Shown in pieces: positions 34,491-48,258 of a stretch of 64,000 nucleotides of DNA. Source of the DNA: Octopus vulgaris (taxonomy: Eukaryota); assembly GCA_951406725.2 (NCBI GenBank), contig OX597820.1:14508001-14572000 (forward strand). Direction: 5' to 3'. Both the position numbers and the translations under genes were made by a program. Within the stretch, counting starts at the first letter, position 1. Each line of letters starts with the position of its first letter. The notes beneath the pieces were generated by a model, which saw nothing but the letters and a program-made list of their open reading frames with translations, ran no database searches and was not told the origin of the DNA.

Positions 34491-36837
34491 AAATTCAGTA
34501 ATCCCGCTCTCCTTTTAATTCCTCTTTTGTCCTCCGCAATTTCTATGCCACAGTTTTGTCAAAATGCTTGCTTTATATTTGACCACCTCCTTTAAACGCT
34601 TGCTTTATTTTTACAATATTCTTGAGAGCTTTGATTCTTGGTCCAACCTACCTTCCTTCAATCTCCCACCACCTTGCCACTTCTTTACCTGCCTCTATTT
34701 TTTTCTATTTAATCCTTCTTCAATGCCCCTGGGTGGTGGGTCTGATGGTCACTATAGCAGTGGTGGAGGCGGAGGTGTAACTGCAAAGAGAGGTTGACTA
34801 GAAGGGAGATAATTGGGAGAATGAAATGTGTTTATTTTCTAATGAAATATATAAATATACAAATAAATCTGGGGTGTAATCCAGGTTAAGATTATTTTCC
34901 AGCCAGGCTTCTCCTTAGAGGAGGGGATTGTAGAGGTGAAAGGTTATCGTTGGTTATCTCCCTACTCAAAATAAAGTAAAAATACAAACTGGAAGGGAGC
35001 AGAGGAGATGTTTGATCCCTGCTTAATCTCTTACCCCTATCCCTTGTATTACCTTTCACAGTGACCTCTCCACCATACAACTTATGTTTTGAGATGTTAG
35101 TGTTTGTTGCTTTGTTTTGTATGAGACTGGAATTGTTGAATGATGTTTAGTAGAGAATGGGTGAAATGGGGTGGGGGGAAGAGAGGAAGAGAGAAAGAGA
35201 GAGTTGAAATGAGGGAGAGGGGGGTGTTGGTTCTTGCAGCTGAGTTTGTTTCCACCAATTTTGTTCACTATCCAAACCACCATATATCTATCTATCTATC
35301 TATTAGTGAAGTGGAGCAGGTGTGCTGTAAAAACATTCTCCTATATATTATAATAGTTTGTGATTCAGATGTTTTTACAGCAGGATTACCATTTACTAAA
35401 AGATAAAGAAAAGAAAACAAAAAAAAAATGAATAAATAGAATAAAAAAGAAAACGGGGGGGGGGATTTTTTTGGCAAATAGACTCAGGAATATTAATTAA
35501 GAATATTCTTACATGCTTTGTCATTAGAATCTCCATTTTTGATGTCATGCATCAGCTTTGTTATCAGTATGAGGGGAATTTGGCTGCTGTTTCTATTTAG
35601 TCAAGCAATCATATATTCCTTATTGACATAGAGCTCTCTTTTTTTTTTTTTTGTTTTTGCTGGTGTTGGTGGTGGTGATGAGGATAATTTTAGCTGGATG
35701 AGTCAGAATACAGATTTGTTTATTACTGTTGCTTGCTGTGAAGGCACTTTTTGCCCAGTGGATAGGGTGCAACACTCTTGGCCTTACAATCGTGGTTTCG
35801 GATCCTAGGCAAGGCATCTTTATGATAATCCTTCGGTGTGGTTGAACAACCAATCCCAAACCAGTTCGATCAACTGCCACACCACTTCGGATCATCGGTG
35901 CTTATTCATCCTTTTGATTACTGAATACGAAAACGTAGCTAAAGAGACTTCTGTTTGGGCAATTTTCTTGAGCCACCATCTCACCCTTGTAACTTGCTTT
36001 CATTTTGTTCATCTTTTCACATACAAGATAGTACACATATGTACTTGCTCAATCACTCCCTCCTTCACACACTCACTCTCACTCACATTCACTCTCACTC
36101 GCATTCATTCTCACTTGCATTCATTCTCACTCGCATTTACTCTGTCTCACACTCTCATCCTCATACACACTCACTCACAACTCTCACTCACTCACCCACT
36201 CTCACCTGCACTCTCACCCAACTCTCACTCACTTTCTCTCACACTCTCTGACATTCTCACTCGTACTCACTCTTTCACACTCTTTCTCGCCCTCACTCAA
36301 CTCTCTCCTATTCACACACACAACATTGGATGGTCATTGGCTTTCCAATAATCACCCCCCCCCTTCAACCAAGCAAGGTTGGTGTGAGGTTGTCAGTTTA
36401 GTCAGCTACCAGTAGTGTACAAGAGTGACTCAGCATCCTGGCCCAGGCAGTGCAATGTATCCTCGTGCAAAACTCTTCATTTCATCTTGCTCCAGTTCAC
36501 TCAGCCATAAATGAATTCCAAGACTAGCTGGGAAGTTAACCCCTTCAATGGACTGGGATCCCATCCAGTGGGAAGTGTTGTAATCTCAGTTATACATCAT
36601 GGAAACTGGGCTAAGCGTTGGCCTTATGAGCCCTAGGGGCTTGTGGCAAACCTTGAAAAATTGCTTTTTAATTATGCAATTTTAAGTAAGCAATTTTTAA
36701 TTGAATTCAATAATTTGAAAAATGTTATTTATAGGTGCAGGAGTGGCTGTGTGGTAAGAAGCTTGCTTCCCAACCACATGGTTCAGGTCTCAGTCCTACT
36801 GTGTAGCACCTTGGGCAAGAGTCTTTTATCATATCCT

Positions 36838-37318
36838 ACTGCATAACTTATGTACTTCTTATGTCTGACCTTTGTACTCTTTCTTTTGTCTGACCGTTGT
36901 ACTCTTTCTTAGGCTTAGCTTTTCCACTCCTTAGATGCGCTCTTTATGACTGCATAACTTATGTCTGACCTTTGTACTCTTTCTTATGTCTGACCTTTGT
37001 ACTTTTTTTTAGGCTTAACTTTTCCACTCCTTAGATGCACTCTTTATGACTGCATGACTTATGTACTTCTTATACCTAACCGTTGTACTCTTTCTTATGT
37101 CTAACCTTTGTACTCTTATGTCTAACCTTTGTACTCTTTCTTATATCTAACCTTTGTTCTCTTTCTTAGGCTTAGCTTTTCCACTCCTTAGATGCGCTCT
37201 TTATGACTGCATAATTTATGTACTTCTTATGTCTGATCTTTGTACTCTTTCTCATGTCTGAGCTGTCTACTCTTTCTTAGGCCTAACCTTTGTACTCTTT
37301 CTTAGGTCTAGCTTTTAT
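36838..37318. repeat. Nested higher-order minisatellite
   Basis: About 25-bp cttatgtctgacctttgtactcttt subunits in variable number, separated by aggcttagcttttccactccttagatgcgctctttatgactgcat blocks at 36911, 37011 and 37168. Confidence 0.9.
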
Positions 37319-37954
37319 TTGACTGTATTCCTGTACATTTTTCTCTTCTTTTCTTTTATTATTTCTTCCTTTTTATTCGTTTTGTTTCTTCTGAATTTTA
37401 TTTCCCACTTTTACGTCTCACAATACCAATGTTTGTCTATTTATTTCTTATTCATCTTTTGTCAAATCCCTTTCATATACTTCCGTCACTCATCACTCGA
37501 TTGTCCATTCTTTTCATAACCATTGTTTCACTGTTCACATTTCAAAATTCTTTGGAAAACCAAAAAATTTTCTTCATGAAAATGTTTGTTTTTTTTAACC
37601 TTTTTTCTTTTTTATTACCATTTTTCTCATTTTGAAATTTATTTTTAATTAATAAGTTTCTTCAACTTGGCTAGATTACACTGAATTTTTCTTTGTTGTA
37701 TTTTAATGTCAAGCCATTATTTAAGAATTGTGTTGTAAACAGAAATGGCAAGGTATGTGTGTGTGTGTGTGTGTGTGTGAAGAAAGATTGATGAGAACAA
37801 AAGAAAAAAAAGATAGGGTTTCATTGTCTTCAATATAATTTGCAAGAATCATTAATAATTTAGGTTCCAATGCAAAATAACAAAGTCATCATTTGGTGAT
37901 AGTTGTGTACTAACACTCAGGTACCTAACACACACAGACATACGCACACACCGT

Positions 37955-38165
37955 TTCATTTTTCTTTTATTTGGACTGTGGCCATGCTGGAACGCTGCTT
38001 TATAATCTTTAATTACAGAAATTGACACCAATTCTTTTTTTTTTTTTCTGTTAAGTCTGGTACTTATTTTATTGATCTCCTTTTGCCAAACTGCTAAGTT
38101 ACAGTGATTTAAGCAAACCAGCATAAATTGTCAAGCATTGGTATGCAAAAGATGGAAAAACACAA

Positions 38166-38222
<57 letters not shown>

Positions 38223-38360
38223 GCTTCTTACAGTTTCCCTCTACCAAATCCACTCAGAAATTTTTTGTTAGCCTAGGACTATAGTTGAAGTCACTTATCC
38301 AAGGTGCTACACAGTGGGACTGAACCCAGCACCATGTGGTTTGGAAGCAGACTTCTCACT
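37955..38360 (-). mobile_element. SINE family B, diverged
   Basis: Tail, (CA)(TA)n and head in reverse. Confidence 0.75.
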
Positions 38361-38386
38361 ACCCTTCCTGCACACACGTGTGTGTG

Positions 38387-38580
38387 TGTCTGTCTATGAG
38401 TTATATCAGCCCCTCAACTGGAGGTCTCTGCATTGCTCCAAAAGTCCTACACCTCTGTCTAGAGCGAGGACCAGGTACCACAATGTCTGTCTATGAGTTA
38501 TATCAGCCCTTCAACTGGAAGTCTCTGCATTGCTCCAAAAGTCCTACACCCCTGTCTCGAGCGAGGACCAGGTACCACAA
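38387..38580. repeat. 97-bp tandem duplication
   Basis: Copies start at 38387 and 38484, with few substitutions. Confidence 0.95.
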
Positions 38581-39052
38581 TAGCTTAGGATTCAAAGGTC
38601 CATAGCTATGTAATATCTTGATAAAATATTTGAGAGATCTACACAGAATTGGGGTAGCTGTTTCCGAAACAACAACTTGACCTGCTATCCAAGATCCCAA
38701 ATAAACCTACATTTCAGCTAAAAACTCAAAGTGGGTACCAATATCGAATTCCCACCTTCACTAAAAGCCAATCACAAAAGAATGGCCATTGAAGAGGTGA
38801 TAATTCTAGTGGTGCCCCAGCATGGTCAGCTGATATGCTTGGAGATTTCATTGCTGTTTCTAGTCAATCAAGTTATTGTGTTTGATTGTTGTTTTTGCTG
38901 TGGGCACATCATCACAGTAGACATGATGCATTGTTATGAGGGGTGTCATTTTAAAAGACACTTAAAGGTTTTATTTTATTTTGTGAGAGATTTGGCTTCT
39001 ACTACAAGCATATCAAGCAACTACATACAAACCCAATCACTGTTGACGATAT

Positions 39053-39447
39053 AGGTGCAGGCATGACTATGTGGTAAGTAGCTTGCTTACCAAACACATG
39101 GTTCCGTGTTCTGTCCCACTGCGTGGAAACTTGGGCAAGTGCCTTCTTCTATAGCCTCGGGCTGACCAAAACCTTGTGAGTAAATTTGGTTGACGGAAAC
39201 TGAAAGAAGCCCATCATATATATATATGTGTGTGTATGTTTGTGTCTGTGTTGTTTCCTACCCCTGCCCATTCGCTTGACAACTGATGTTGGTGTGTTTG
39301 CGTCCCCGTAATTTAGCAGTTTGGCAAGAGAGACCAATTGAACAAGTACTAGTCTTACAAAGAATAAGTCCGGGGGGTCATTTTGTTCAACTAAAGGCGG
39401 TGCTCCAGCATGTCCGCAGTCAAATGACTGAAGCAATTAAAAGAATA
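39053..39447 (+). mobile_element. Full-length SINE family B
   Basis: Complete head to tail. Confidence 0.9.
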
Positions 39448-39634
39448 ATGATGTTGAATATAAGCAGTGCTGCTTTTCCTTGTAGGTTTATCTCTTTAGG
39501 TTTGTATTTTATTCTTTTATGACCGAGTGCAACTTGGAGTTTTAACTGCTATTTCTAGCCAATACCAATTAATGACTGTATTTGATCACTGTCTCACAGT
39601 AGCATTATACACTGTATTTAGGGTCAAAAGCACA

Positions 39635-40035
39635 CTCTTTTACTTGTTTCAGTCATTTGACTGTGGCCATGCTGGAGCACCGCCTTTAGTCGAGCAAATC
39701 GACCCCGGGACTTATTCTTTGTAAGCCTAGTATTTATTCTATTGGTCTCTTTTGCCGAGCCGCTAAATTACGGGGGATGTAAACACACCAGCATCGGTTG
39801 TCAAGCGATGTTGGGAGACAAACACAGACTCACAAATGTATACACACACACACACATATATATACATATATACGATGGGCTTCTTTCAGTTTCTGTCTAC
39901 CAAATCCACCCACAAGGCTTTGGTCAGCCCGAGTCTATAGTAGAAGACACTTGCCCAAGGAGCTATGCAGTGGGACTGAACCTGGAACCATGTGGTTGGA
40001 AAGCAAGCTACTTACCACACAGCCACTCCTACATG
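39635..40035 (-). mobile_element. Full-length SINE family B (inverted partner of 39053-39447)
   Basis: Complete, reverse orientation. Confidence 0.9.
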
Positions 40036-41204
40036 TAAGGGATGTTAATTTAAAAGACAGGACTTTGAGAGATTTGGCTTCTACTTTGAGCACATCAAAC
40101 CACATAGAAACCCTTTCACTGGTTTGCAAAGGACAATGACGACGATGATGATGATGATGGTGATGGTGGTGGATATATGTGCTGGTGCTTTTCTTTTTTC
40201 CTTTCTTTCATTTTTTTTTTTTAAAGATCAATTTATCTTTATACTACTCTCTGTTCCCCACTGTCCTGTGTAACTATGGAATGAGAGTCTAGAATCTTGT
40301 GACATCTGTTTTGCCTTAGAATACTAATGGTATTGGTAACAGAAAATGTTTTCTCCTTCCCCTTCTCATTCTTTTCTCTCCTTCTTCTTCTTGTTTTTCT
40401 TTTCTTCTCCTTCTTTTCCTTCTTTTCATTGCAATTTGAAAAGGAAAGATGGAGAAACTAAAAAAGGGGTAGTGATAGTTTAGCTGATCAATATGTTTTG
40501 TTGACAGCCATTCAAACTCTTCTGTCCATCTGTTGTCATTAAGTTTCCTTTCAGTTTCTCTCTCTACTCCAACCTATTCTTTATAGGTTTATTTACTTAT
40601 TTTCAGATATCAACCACCTTGCTTGAGCATTGATTGTCTTTCTTCTTTTCTTTCTCTTTTTCTTTCTTCTTTCTTTCCATCCTTTATTCAACTTTCTTTC
40701 ACAAACAAGTGACATTTCTTTTTCAAAGCTGTTCTGTCTCTAATCTCTTCTTCTTCTTCGGAAAAGTTCACACACATGTCCTACTTTCAAAACCTGGCTG
40801 TTTTTCTCACTGATTCCAGTCGTTACACAATGTGCTGTATTAACTTTGGACATTGGACATTTCTGATTATTCACTCTAACGTGTAACTCTATCTTATGTA
40901 CATCGTACGCACCACCTGTCTGTCAAAGGGTAATTGCTTGCTAAGATGTGTTGGTTTAGATAGCTCACCTGTATTTTGTGCTCAAAGGAATCCATTTGTA
41001 TATGTTTGACAATGTGGTTGCAAAGCCCAGCTGCGGCTACACTGATTGGATATTGCTTCATTTGAGTGTTCGGATGTTCAATCCCCACTCATGCCACTTT
41101 GGCCAAGTGTCTTCTATAGATCTCGGGCTGACAAAAGCCTTGTGAGTGGGTTTGATAGGTGGAAACCGAAAGAAGCCTGTCATACACATACACACACATA
41201 TATC

Positions 41205-41236
<32 letters not shown>

Positions 41237-41420
41237 CGTCATTTAACGTCCGTTTTCCATGCTAGTATGGGTTGGACGGTTCGACTGGGGTCTGGTAAGC
41301 CATGGAGGCTGGACCAGGCTCCAGTCTGGTTTGGCAGTGTTTCTACAGCTGGATGCCCTTCCTAACACCAACCACTCCGTGAGTGTAGTGGGTGTTTTTC
41401 ACGTGCCACCAGCACAGGGG
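41205..41420 (-). mobile_element. SINE/retroposon family D with a long (CAT)n tail
   Basis: Matches 23310-23500. Confidence 0.8.
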
Positions 41421-41790
41421 CCGGAGATGTTTTTAAGGAATTAATGAATAAGGAGTTTGTTAATTAAGTGACTTAACAATATTACATGGAATCTTGCAGT
41501 TTGGACATTTGGAAAATTGAGTCTTGCATCTGAAACAATTTGTCAGATACAATAATTTTTGAACATAATTTGAGGCAATTTGTCAGATATAAAGGATTTT
41601 GAAAATATTTTTTAACGATAATGACTTCAATTTGATAATATGTAGGTATAGTTTTTAATAGAAGAGAATATGTGAATGTTTAATAATTAAATTCTGGAAG
41701 TAAGTTTAAGGATTAATAATATGTTGAGGTGATATATACGGTCACTTTGATGTTTTGTCCCTTGTTTGAGTTTGATCCAACTGATTTCTG

Positions 41791-41828
<38 letters not shown>

Positions 41829-41976
41829 GTATATATACACACATACATATAAGAGGAGTGGACACTACGTAAACATCCATTATGCTAGAAGTAGATTCGC
41901 TATGGTCTTACCACTAAAAAAGTTATGTTCATATATATATATAGTGTGTGTGTGTATGTGTTATGTATCTGTATAT

Positions 41977-42342
41977 ACTCTTTACTCTTTTACTTGCTTC
42001 AGTCATTTGACTGTGGCCTTGCTGGAGTACCACCTTTAGTCGAACAAATCAACCCCAGGACTTATTTTTGTAAGCCTTGTACTTATTCTATTGGTCTCTT
42101 TTGCTGAACTGCTAAGTTACGGGGACATAAACACACCAGCATCGGTTGTCAAGCAATGTTAGGGGGATAAACACACACACACACACACACGACAGGCTTC
42201 TTTCAGTTTCCGTCTACCAAATCCACTCACAAGGATTTGGTCAGCCCTAGGCTATAGTAGAAGACACTTGCCTAAGGTGCCACGCAGTGGGACTGAACCC
42301 GGAACCATGTGGTTGGTAAGCAAGCTACTTAGAACACAGCCA
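41977..42342 (-). mobile_element. SINE family B
   Basis: Near-complete copy; followed by a J module on plus (42345-42585). Confidence 0.85.
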
Positions 42343-43334
42343 GTCTTGACATTACATGATGGTTGTAAACGAGCTTCACCATCATACAAGCGAGGTTGTT
42401 TGTTTCCAATCTTCTGTAAAAGACATGTCTTACTGCAGGGGAAATATTACTTTGCCTGAAAGTAGGTGAGGGTTGGTGACATAAAGAGCATCCGGGCTGT
42501 CGAAAGTCTGCCTCAACAAATTCCATCTGCTTTGCAAACGCATGAAGAATTGGGTGTTAAGTGATGTTGCTGATGATGAGGATGATAGAAATTAGAACCT
42601 GTGTTGTGAAATCCATCAGTTGGAACATTCCTGTAACAGACATTTCCACCACTTATTGTGTGTTGTTGAAATCATAAGTAATTAAGAGAAAAATTGACGA
42701 TCATATCTGAAGATGATAATTAATTCTCCTATTATTATATTTGGCTTAATGGCTGCAAATTATAAATGGTAGTGCACTGGATTAAATCGCCTAAGGATTA
42801 TCTTTTTTTCTTCTGGTTTGTAACATTTTCGCCTCATTCCTCCAGGATTAATAAAGTAAATACTATTTATAGACTGAGATAGATTCATTTGAATTTCCAC
42901 CTTCCTTACAAACACTTTGTACCAATTTGGAAAATTTGTGATTTCTCTTGTGTTCTAAAAACTATTGGAAAGCATGCGTCACCAGTTTCTGTTGTCCTCT
43001 GATAGAAATCCTCTACCGCTATTATGCCTTGTATATAAAACAGTGAGCTTGGCAGTATCATTAGCACACTGGAAGAAATGCTTGATGGCGTTTCGTTTTG
43101 AGTTCAACTGCTTTTCATCCTTTCTGGGTCAATGAAATGAGTACCAGTTATGCACTGGGGGATGGGGACAATGTAATCAACTATCCCTCTCCCAAATTTC
43201 GAGCTTTGTGCTTGTAGTACCTTGTATAAGGAAAGCAATGATGTCCAGTCTTCAGTTATTTTGATGATATTAGAGAAAATACACGACTTTTGGGATTGTC
43301 TTTCTTCAGATGCTAGACTGAATGATTTTGATAT

Positions 43335-43945
43335 TTATTTCTTTATTGCCCACAGGGGGCTAAACATAGAGGGGACATACAAGGACAGACAAAGGGATTA
43401 TACATTGACCCCAGTGCATAACTGGTACTTATTTTATTGACCCTGAAAGGATTAAAGGTAAAATGGACCTAGGTGGAATTTGAACTCAGAACATTACAGC
43501 AGGCAAAATACCTATTTCTTAACTACCCACAAGGGGCTAAACACAGAGAGGACAAACAAGAACAGACAAATGGATTAAGTCAATTATATCAACCCCAGTG
43601 CGTAACTAGTACTTATTTAATCTACCCCGAAAGGATGAAAGGCAAAGTCGATCTCGGCGGAATTTGAGCTCAGAACGTAGCGGCAGATGAAATACCGCTA
43701 AGCATTTCGTCCGGCACGCTAATGATTCTGCCAGCTCGCCAAATAATTTTAATATTGCTTTTGATTGCAGTTAAGGTGGTGCTGGCAGGATTTTTGGTAT
43801 GACAATGGAATTTCTCCCAGTTTTACATTCTTTGCTCAACCCCTGCTGGGGTTGATTAAATAAATACCAGTTAAGCACAGGGTTGATGTAATTGACTTAC
43901 CCCCTCCCCTAAAGTTGCTGGCCTTGTGTCAAAATTTGAGACCAT
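43335..43945. mobile_element. Cluster of SINE family A copies (two minus, one plus)
   Basis: About 43335-43500 (-), 43505-43740 (-) and 43773-43945 (+). Confidence 0.8.
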
Positions 43946-44410
43946 TTTTGACCCCAGCTCATCCTCAAGCATTTAGATGTTTCATCATAAAATTTCAGTT
44001 TCCAATGTTTAGCAGGAGTCTTGCAACGAGGTCAGAGAGAAAAGAATTGGACAATGGAAATCTTCATTGTTACGAAGACTTGAAACGACATTGCTTTGCT
44101 GTTTGTCTCTTTATCTGTGACAACATCTGTGAGTAGGATGGCTGTCCCGACTTGTTTGCCGTCTTTGGAATTAATCCCTGTCAGAAACATTAAATGAAGG
44201 TGTCATACTTTGCTGTATTGGAAATTAATAAAAGTGGCCACCAGTGAAGTAATTTAATGAAAAATAAAATAAGACCTAGACTTCTTGTGGTGCCATCAAC
44301 AAAAGCAGCCTATCTCAAGTGAGAGAGATAGGTCTTTCAGCTTCTGTTGTTGATTTTGATATCAAATAAGTGATTTGATATTTATTCCTTTAGTATCTAA
44401 ACCAGTAGGT

Positions 44411-44890
44411 GAAGGCGCCATGGCACAGTGGTTAGTGTTCATCTCATGATCATAAGGTCATGGGTTCAATACCCGCCATTGTAGTTGTGATACCCGTGTT
44501 GGTGGCATGTAAAAAGCATCATCCGAATGTGGCCAATGCCAGCGCCGTCTTGATTGGCTTCCGTGCTGGTGGCACATAAAAAGCACCAACTGATCGTGGC
44601 CGTTGCCAGCCTCCTCTGATCCCTGTGCCGGTGGTATGTAAAAAGCACCCACTACACTCACGGAGTGGTTGGCGTTAGGAAGGGCATCCAGCTGTAGAAA
44701 CACTGCCAGATGGGATTGGAGCCTGGAGCAGCCTTCTGACTTCCCAGATCCCGGTCGAACTGTTCAGCCCATGCTTTCATGGAAAACGGACGTTAAATGA
44801 TGATGATGATGATGATGATTTTGCACCTGGCCATTCAGCTGGCAAAAGTGAGTAGTACCTGTATTTCAAAGGGCCAGCCTTGTCACATTC
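44411..44890 (+). mobile_element. tRNA-headed SINE fragment with an inserted family D copy (44495-44818)
   Basis: Head gaaggcgccatggcacagtggtta...gggttcaatacc; the D copy has three internal gtg(c/t)tggtggca(c/t)gtaaaaagcacc-like repeats at about 44496, 44563 and 44625. Confidence 0.65.
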
Positions 44891-44924
44891 ACACACACAC
44901 ACATACACTAATGGTGTTATTCAA

Positions 44925-45486
44925 TCCTGTTGTTACCAAATCTCTGCCCTCGGTTCTATGACATAAATTCCCTGTTTTAAAGTGTTTTAAATTAAAACCT
45001 TCCATCAAAATTTCATGTTAATTTATGTTCCAAACACCAACTTTTAATCTGAGACCCACTTAGGTCACGACACAGACCATGGGATTGCACCTAGAAAGTT
45101 ACCCTTCCAGGCACAAGTCTGGGCGAGGTTGTTTATGGAAGAGCAGCAGTCGCCCATGCATACGGCCCTCCCCTCTCCACACCACTGATGTTATCCAAAG
45201 GAAAGTCAAAGGCCGATACAACTTGGCACCTGTGACATCACAGCTCATTTCTGCAGCTGAATGAACTGGAGCAACGTGAAATAAAGTGTCTTGCTCAAAA
45301 ACACAACATGGTCTGGGATTCAAGCTCACAATCTCATGATCGTAAGCTCGACGCTCTAGCCACTGAGCCATGTGCCTTCACACCAACTTAATAATGACTA
45401 AGTTATTTTACCAAATTCTTCATTGTTTCCAAAATTAATTTAAGCAAAAGGCAGGGTGTCTCAATAGACATACGGTAATAAAAGGG
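44925..45486 (+). mobile_element. MITE E-related element interrupted by SINE C
   Basis: Ends aaaggg-TTAA; body resembles family E. Confidence 0.65.
45048..45380 (-). mobile_element. SINE family C with a 10-bp TSD
   Basis: acaccaactt at 45034-45043 and 45380-45389. Confidence 0.9.
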
Positions 45487-45639
45487 TTAAATTTAATATA
45501 GACTTCATTAATTAAATGCTTGATTTTTTTTTTTTTTAAAAGTATCTGGGTAATTAATATACTTTTTGAATTCCAGTAGACAATAGACCAGTATGTGCAT
45601 GTGTGTGGTGGATGATGATGATAGAGATGATGATAAAAA

Positions 45640-46377
45640 TGGTTTCAAATTTTGGCACAAAGCCAGCAAGTTTGGGGGAAGAGGGGTAAGTTGATTATAT
45701 TGACCCAGTACTTAACTGGTACTTATGATGGAATTTGGACTTAGAACATGATGTCGGATGAAATACCGCTGCAAATGATCCTGCCTGCTCATCACCTAAC
45801 AATAATGATAATAATAATAATCCTTTCTACTGAAAACACAAGGCCTGAAATTTTGGGGGAGGGAGGGGGCTAGTCAATTACATTGACTCCAGTACTCAAC
45901 TGGTACTTAATTTATCGACCCCGAAAAGATGAAAGGCAAAGTTGACCTCAGCAGAATTTGAACTTGGAACATAACGATGGATGAAATGCCAGTAATGGTT
46001 CTGCCAGCTCACTGCCATAATAATAATAATAATCCTCTCTACTAAAGGCACGATGCCTGAAATTTTGGGGGAGGGGACCAGTCACTTGCATCAACCCCAT
46101 TGCATAACAAGTACTTAATTTATTAACCCCAAAAGGACGAAAGGCAAAATTGACCGTGGCAGAATTTTTCTACTAAGGTCACAAGGCCTGAAATTTTGGG
46201 GGAGGAGGACCAGTCGATTACATTGACCCCATTACGTAACAGGTACTTAATTTATCGACCCCAAAACAACGAAAAGCAAAGTCGATCTCAGCGGAATTTG
46301 AACTCAGGATGTAAGGACGGACAAAATGCTGTTGAGCATTTTGCCTGATGTGCTAACAATTTTACCAGCTCACCACC

Positions 46378-46380
<3 letters not shown>
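45640..46380 (-). mobile_element. Four head-to-tail SINE family A copies, mostly separated by (TAA)n
   Basis: About 45640-45800, 45818-46020, 46030-46165 and 46166-46380. Confidence 0.8.
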
Positions 46381-46411
<31 letters not shown>

Positions 46412-47296
46412 TGATAATAATGATAATAATAATAATTTTTCTATCTGCTTACCATCACAGTGTTGTTGTTCACTTATTCATTTTTGACTGTTTTGTTAAT
46501 ATACTTACCTACTTGGAGTGTTTATCCGAGCGGAAAAGAAGAGCTTTGGTACATTAATTATCAAAGACCATATTACTGCTTGTACTATCTTAAGTTTTGT
46601 TCTTTTCCATAGTGGTTGGTTACAGTCGGTCTAGCTCTAAACTTTTCACTGGGAATCATTATGTGATACACAGGTCCCACATTGTGTATGAGCAAGCATG
46701 TGTATATGTCTGTATGCGCGCGCGTGTGTTGGTATGTGTGTGTATCTGCGTAAAATCTCGAGAGAATAAATATCAACAATAATAGTGGTGTTATTTCGTT
46801 AATGCATGCGTGAATACGATATATTTTTTCCCCATGTCAAACCAGCTGGAGAAAGAGAGAAAGGCATTCAAGTGCATCGGTTTATAAACCTTATTATTTA
46901 ATGAAAGGAAAAATGAAGTCGGGAATCCTCTTATTTAACTATGCAATGACATACAAAACCATTGCTCATCTTGTCTTTGTAAAGCAGGACTTAATCAATG
47001 GAGCAGTTTGTCACACTCACTTATAATCATTTCCTGCCTTTTGGCACTTTTCTATTAGACTGGATTCTTCGTATTCCAGGCAAAGAAATGTGTTTTTAAC
47101 TCTATGTTTTTAACATAGCTTCAGTTAAAAGGAAGTCTGCATGGAATTAAATGATTATTATTTGCTAGATCAGTCGTAATACAAGCAAATCTAAAAGCAC
47201 CAACTTTGGTAATGTAACAGTTGTGATTTCTTGTATTGGTCGCAAGATTAACAAGTTCGGTTAATCAATTCCGGTAAATGATTGTTGTATCCTTAA

Positions 47297-47519
47297 CCCT
47301 TTAGCATTCAGATTACTCTGTCAAATGTAAAGCCCGTTTAACTATTACATTGTTTTAAATTAATTGTACAGCATCTTGTAACTCTGAGATTTTGATGATG
47401 TCCCTGTTTATTTTTAGAATGACTTTGTAGGGTAGGTGGGAGAGGTCAGAGCTGGCTGGTTTGAGCATAAAACAGGAAGACAATTTTGGCCTGATATGGC
47501 CAGTTTAAACACTGAAGGG
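47297..47519 (+). mobile_element. piggyBac-type MITE family F inserted in the 3' LTR
   Basis: TTAA at 47293-47296 and 47520-47523; CCCTTtAG...CTgAAGGG termini. Confidence 0.9.
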
Positions 47520-47809
47520 TTAAAATGTTGGATTGCTATAACGCCCACTTTGGTATACAGTATACTTAGAAAACCTGTAAAGTCTCTGACTGCCTACTAC
47601 CTACTCTCCCATACTGTCCTGTACTCTCCTATTTATATTGACTAACACATACCACTTGCACTGTGGGAGCGGTGTACCCTTATTCCTATCATCCCTATAA
47701 TATCTCCCCTTTTAACTTTTTCTTAAGAAATGTCGTTTAATGGCAATCATTTTTTGATCACCCCCACCTCCCTTTTTAGAGTCTTTTTTATATATTATTA
47801 ATTACACAT

Positions 47810-48258
47810 TTAATATTTTTTCCACTTGGCATCCACTTTGAAGAACTCTGTACATTTTCTTTTCCTTTCACTTATATGTCTGGGTTCAATCACCTGTAGT
47901 GTCATCTGTACCTGGAATGTATCCTATAACCATTCCATTGGTTCCTCCAACCTCTTGGGTTTGATCTACATGAATAATTTTTTCAGTTGGTTCATGTGTC
48001 TCAATATACACACCTTTTCTACTTTTCCCCCAGTACAGTATTTTCCTGATGCATTTTGTAATTACACTATCTTCCCAGCTCTGTTTTTCATTCTTATATT
48101 CCCACATGAACACCTTTTTTACCAATTTTAAAGAATCTTGCTATGTTTTCAGTGTCACTTTTTCTCTTCTTGCTTGGTAGCAATTTATTGAAAACTGATT
48201 TTACTTATCTCGCAAACATCAGCTCTGCAAGTGATCTACCTGCTGGTAGATTTGTTGG
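47810..48258 (-). pseudogene. Gypsy integrase C-terminal remnant with stops and frameshifts
   Basis: Hand translation: NLPAGRSLAELMFAR*VKSVFNKLLP...FFKIGK/VFMWEYKNEKQSWEDSVITK...RHMNQLKK...ERKRK...VDAKWKKY*, resembling the SPAELMF / F..G.KV / RH.NQL motifs of Gypsy pol C-termini. Confidence 0.75.

Noticed and set aside
35750-36000. CpG-containing unique segment as an exon
   Set aside because: No recognisable protein and weak splice signals; the long ORF owes its length to the downstream CT/CA repeat.
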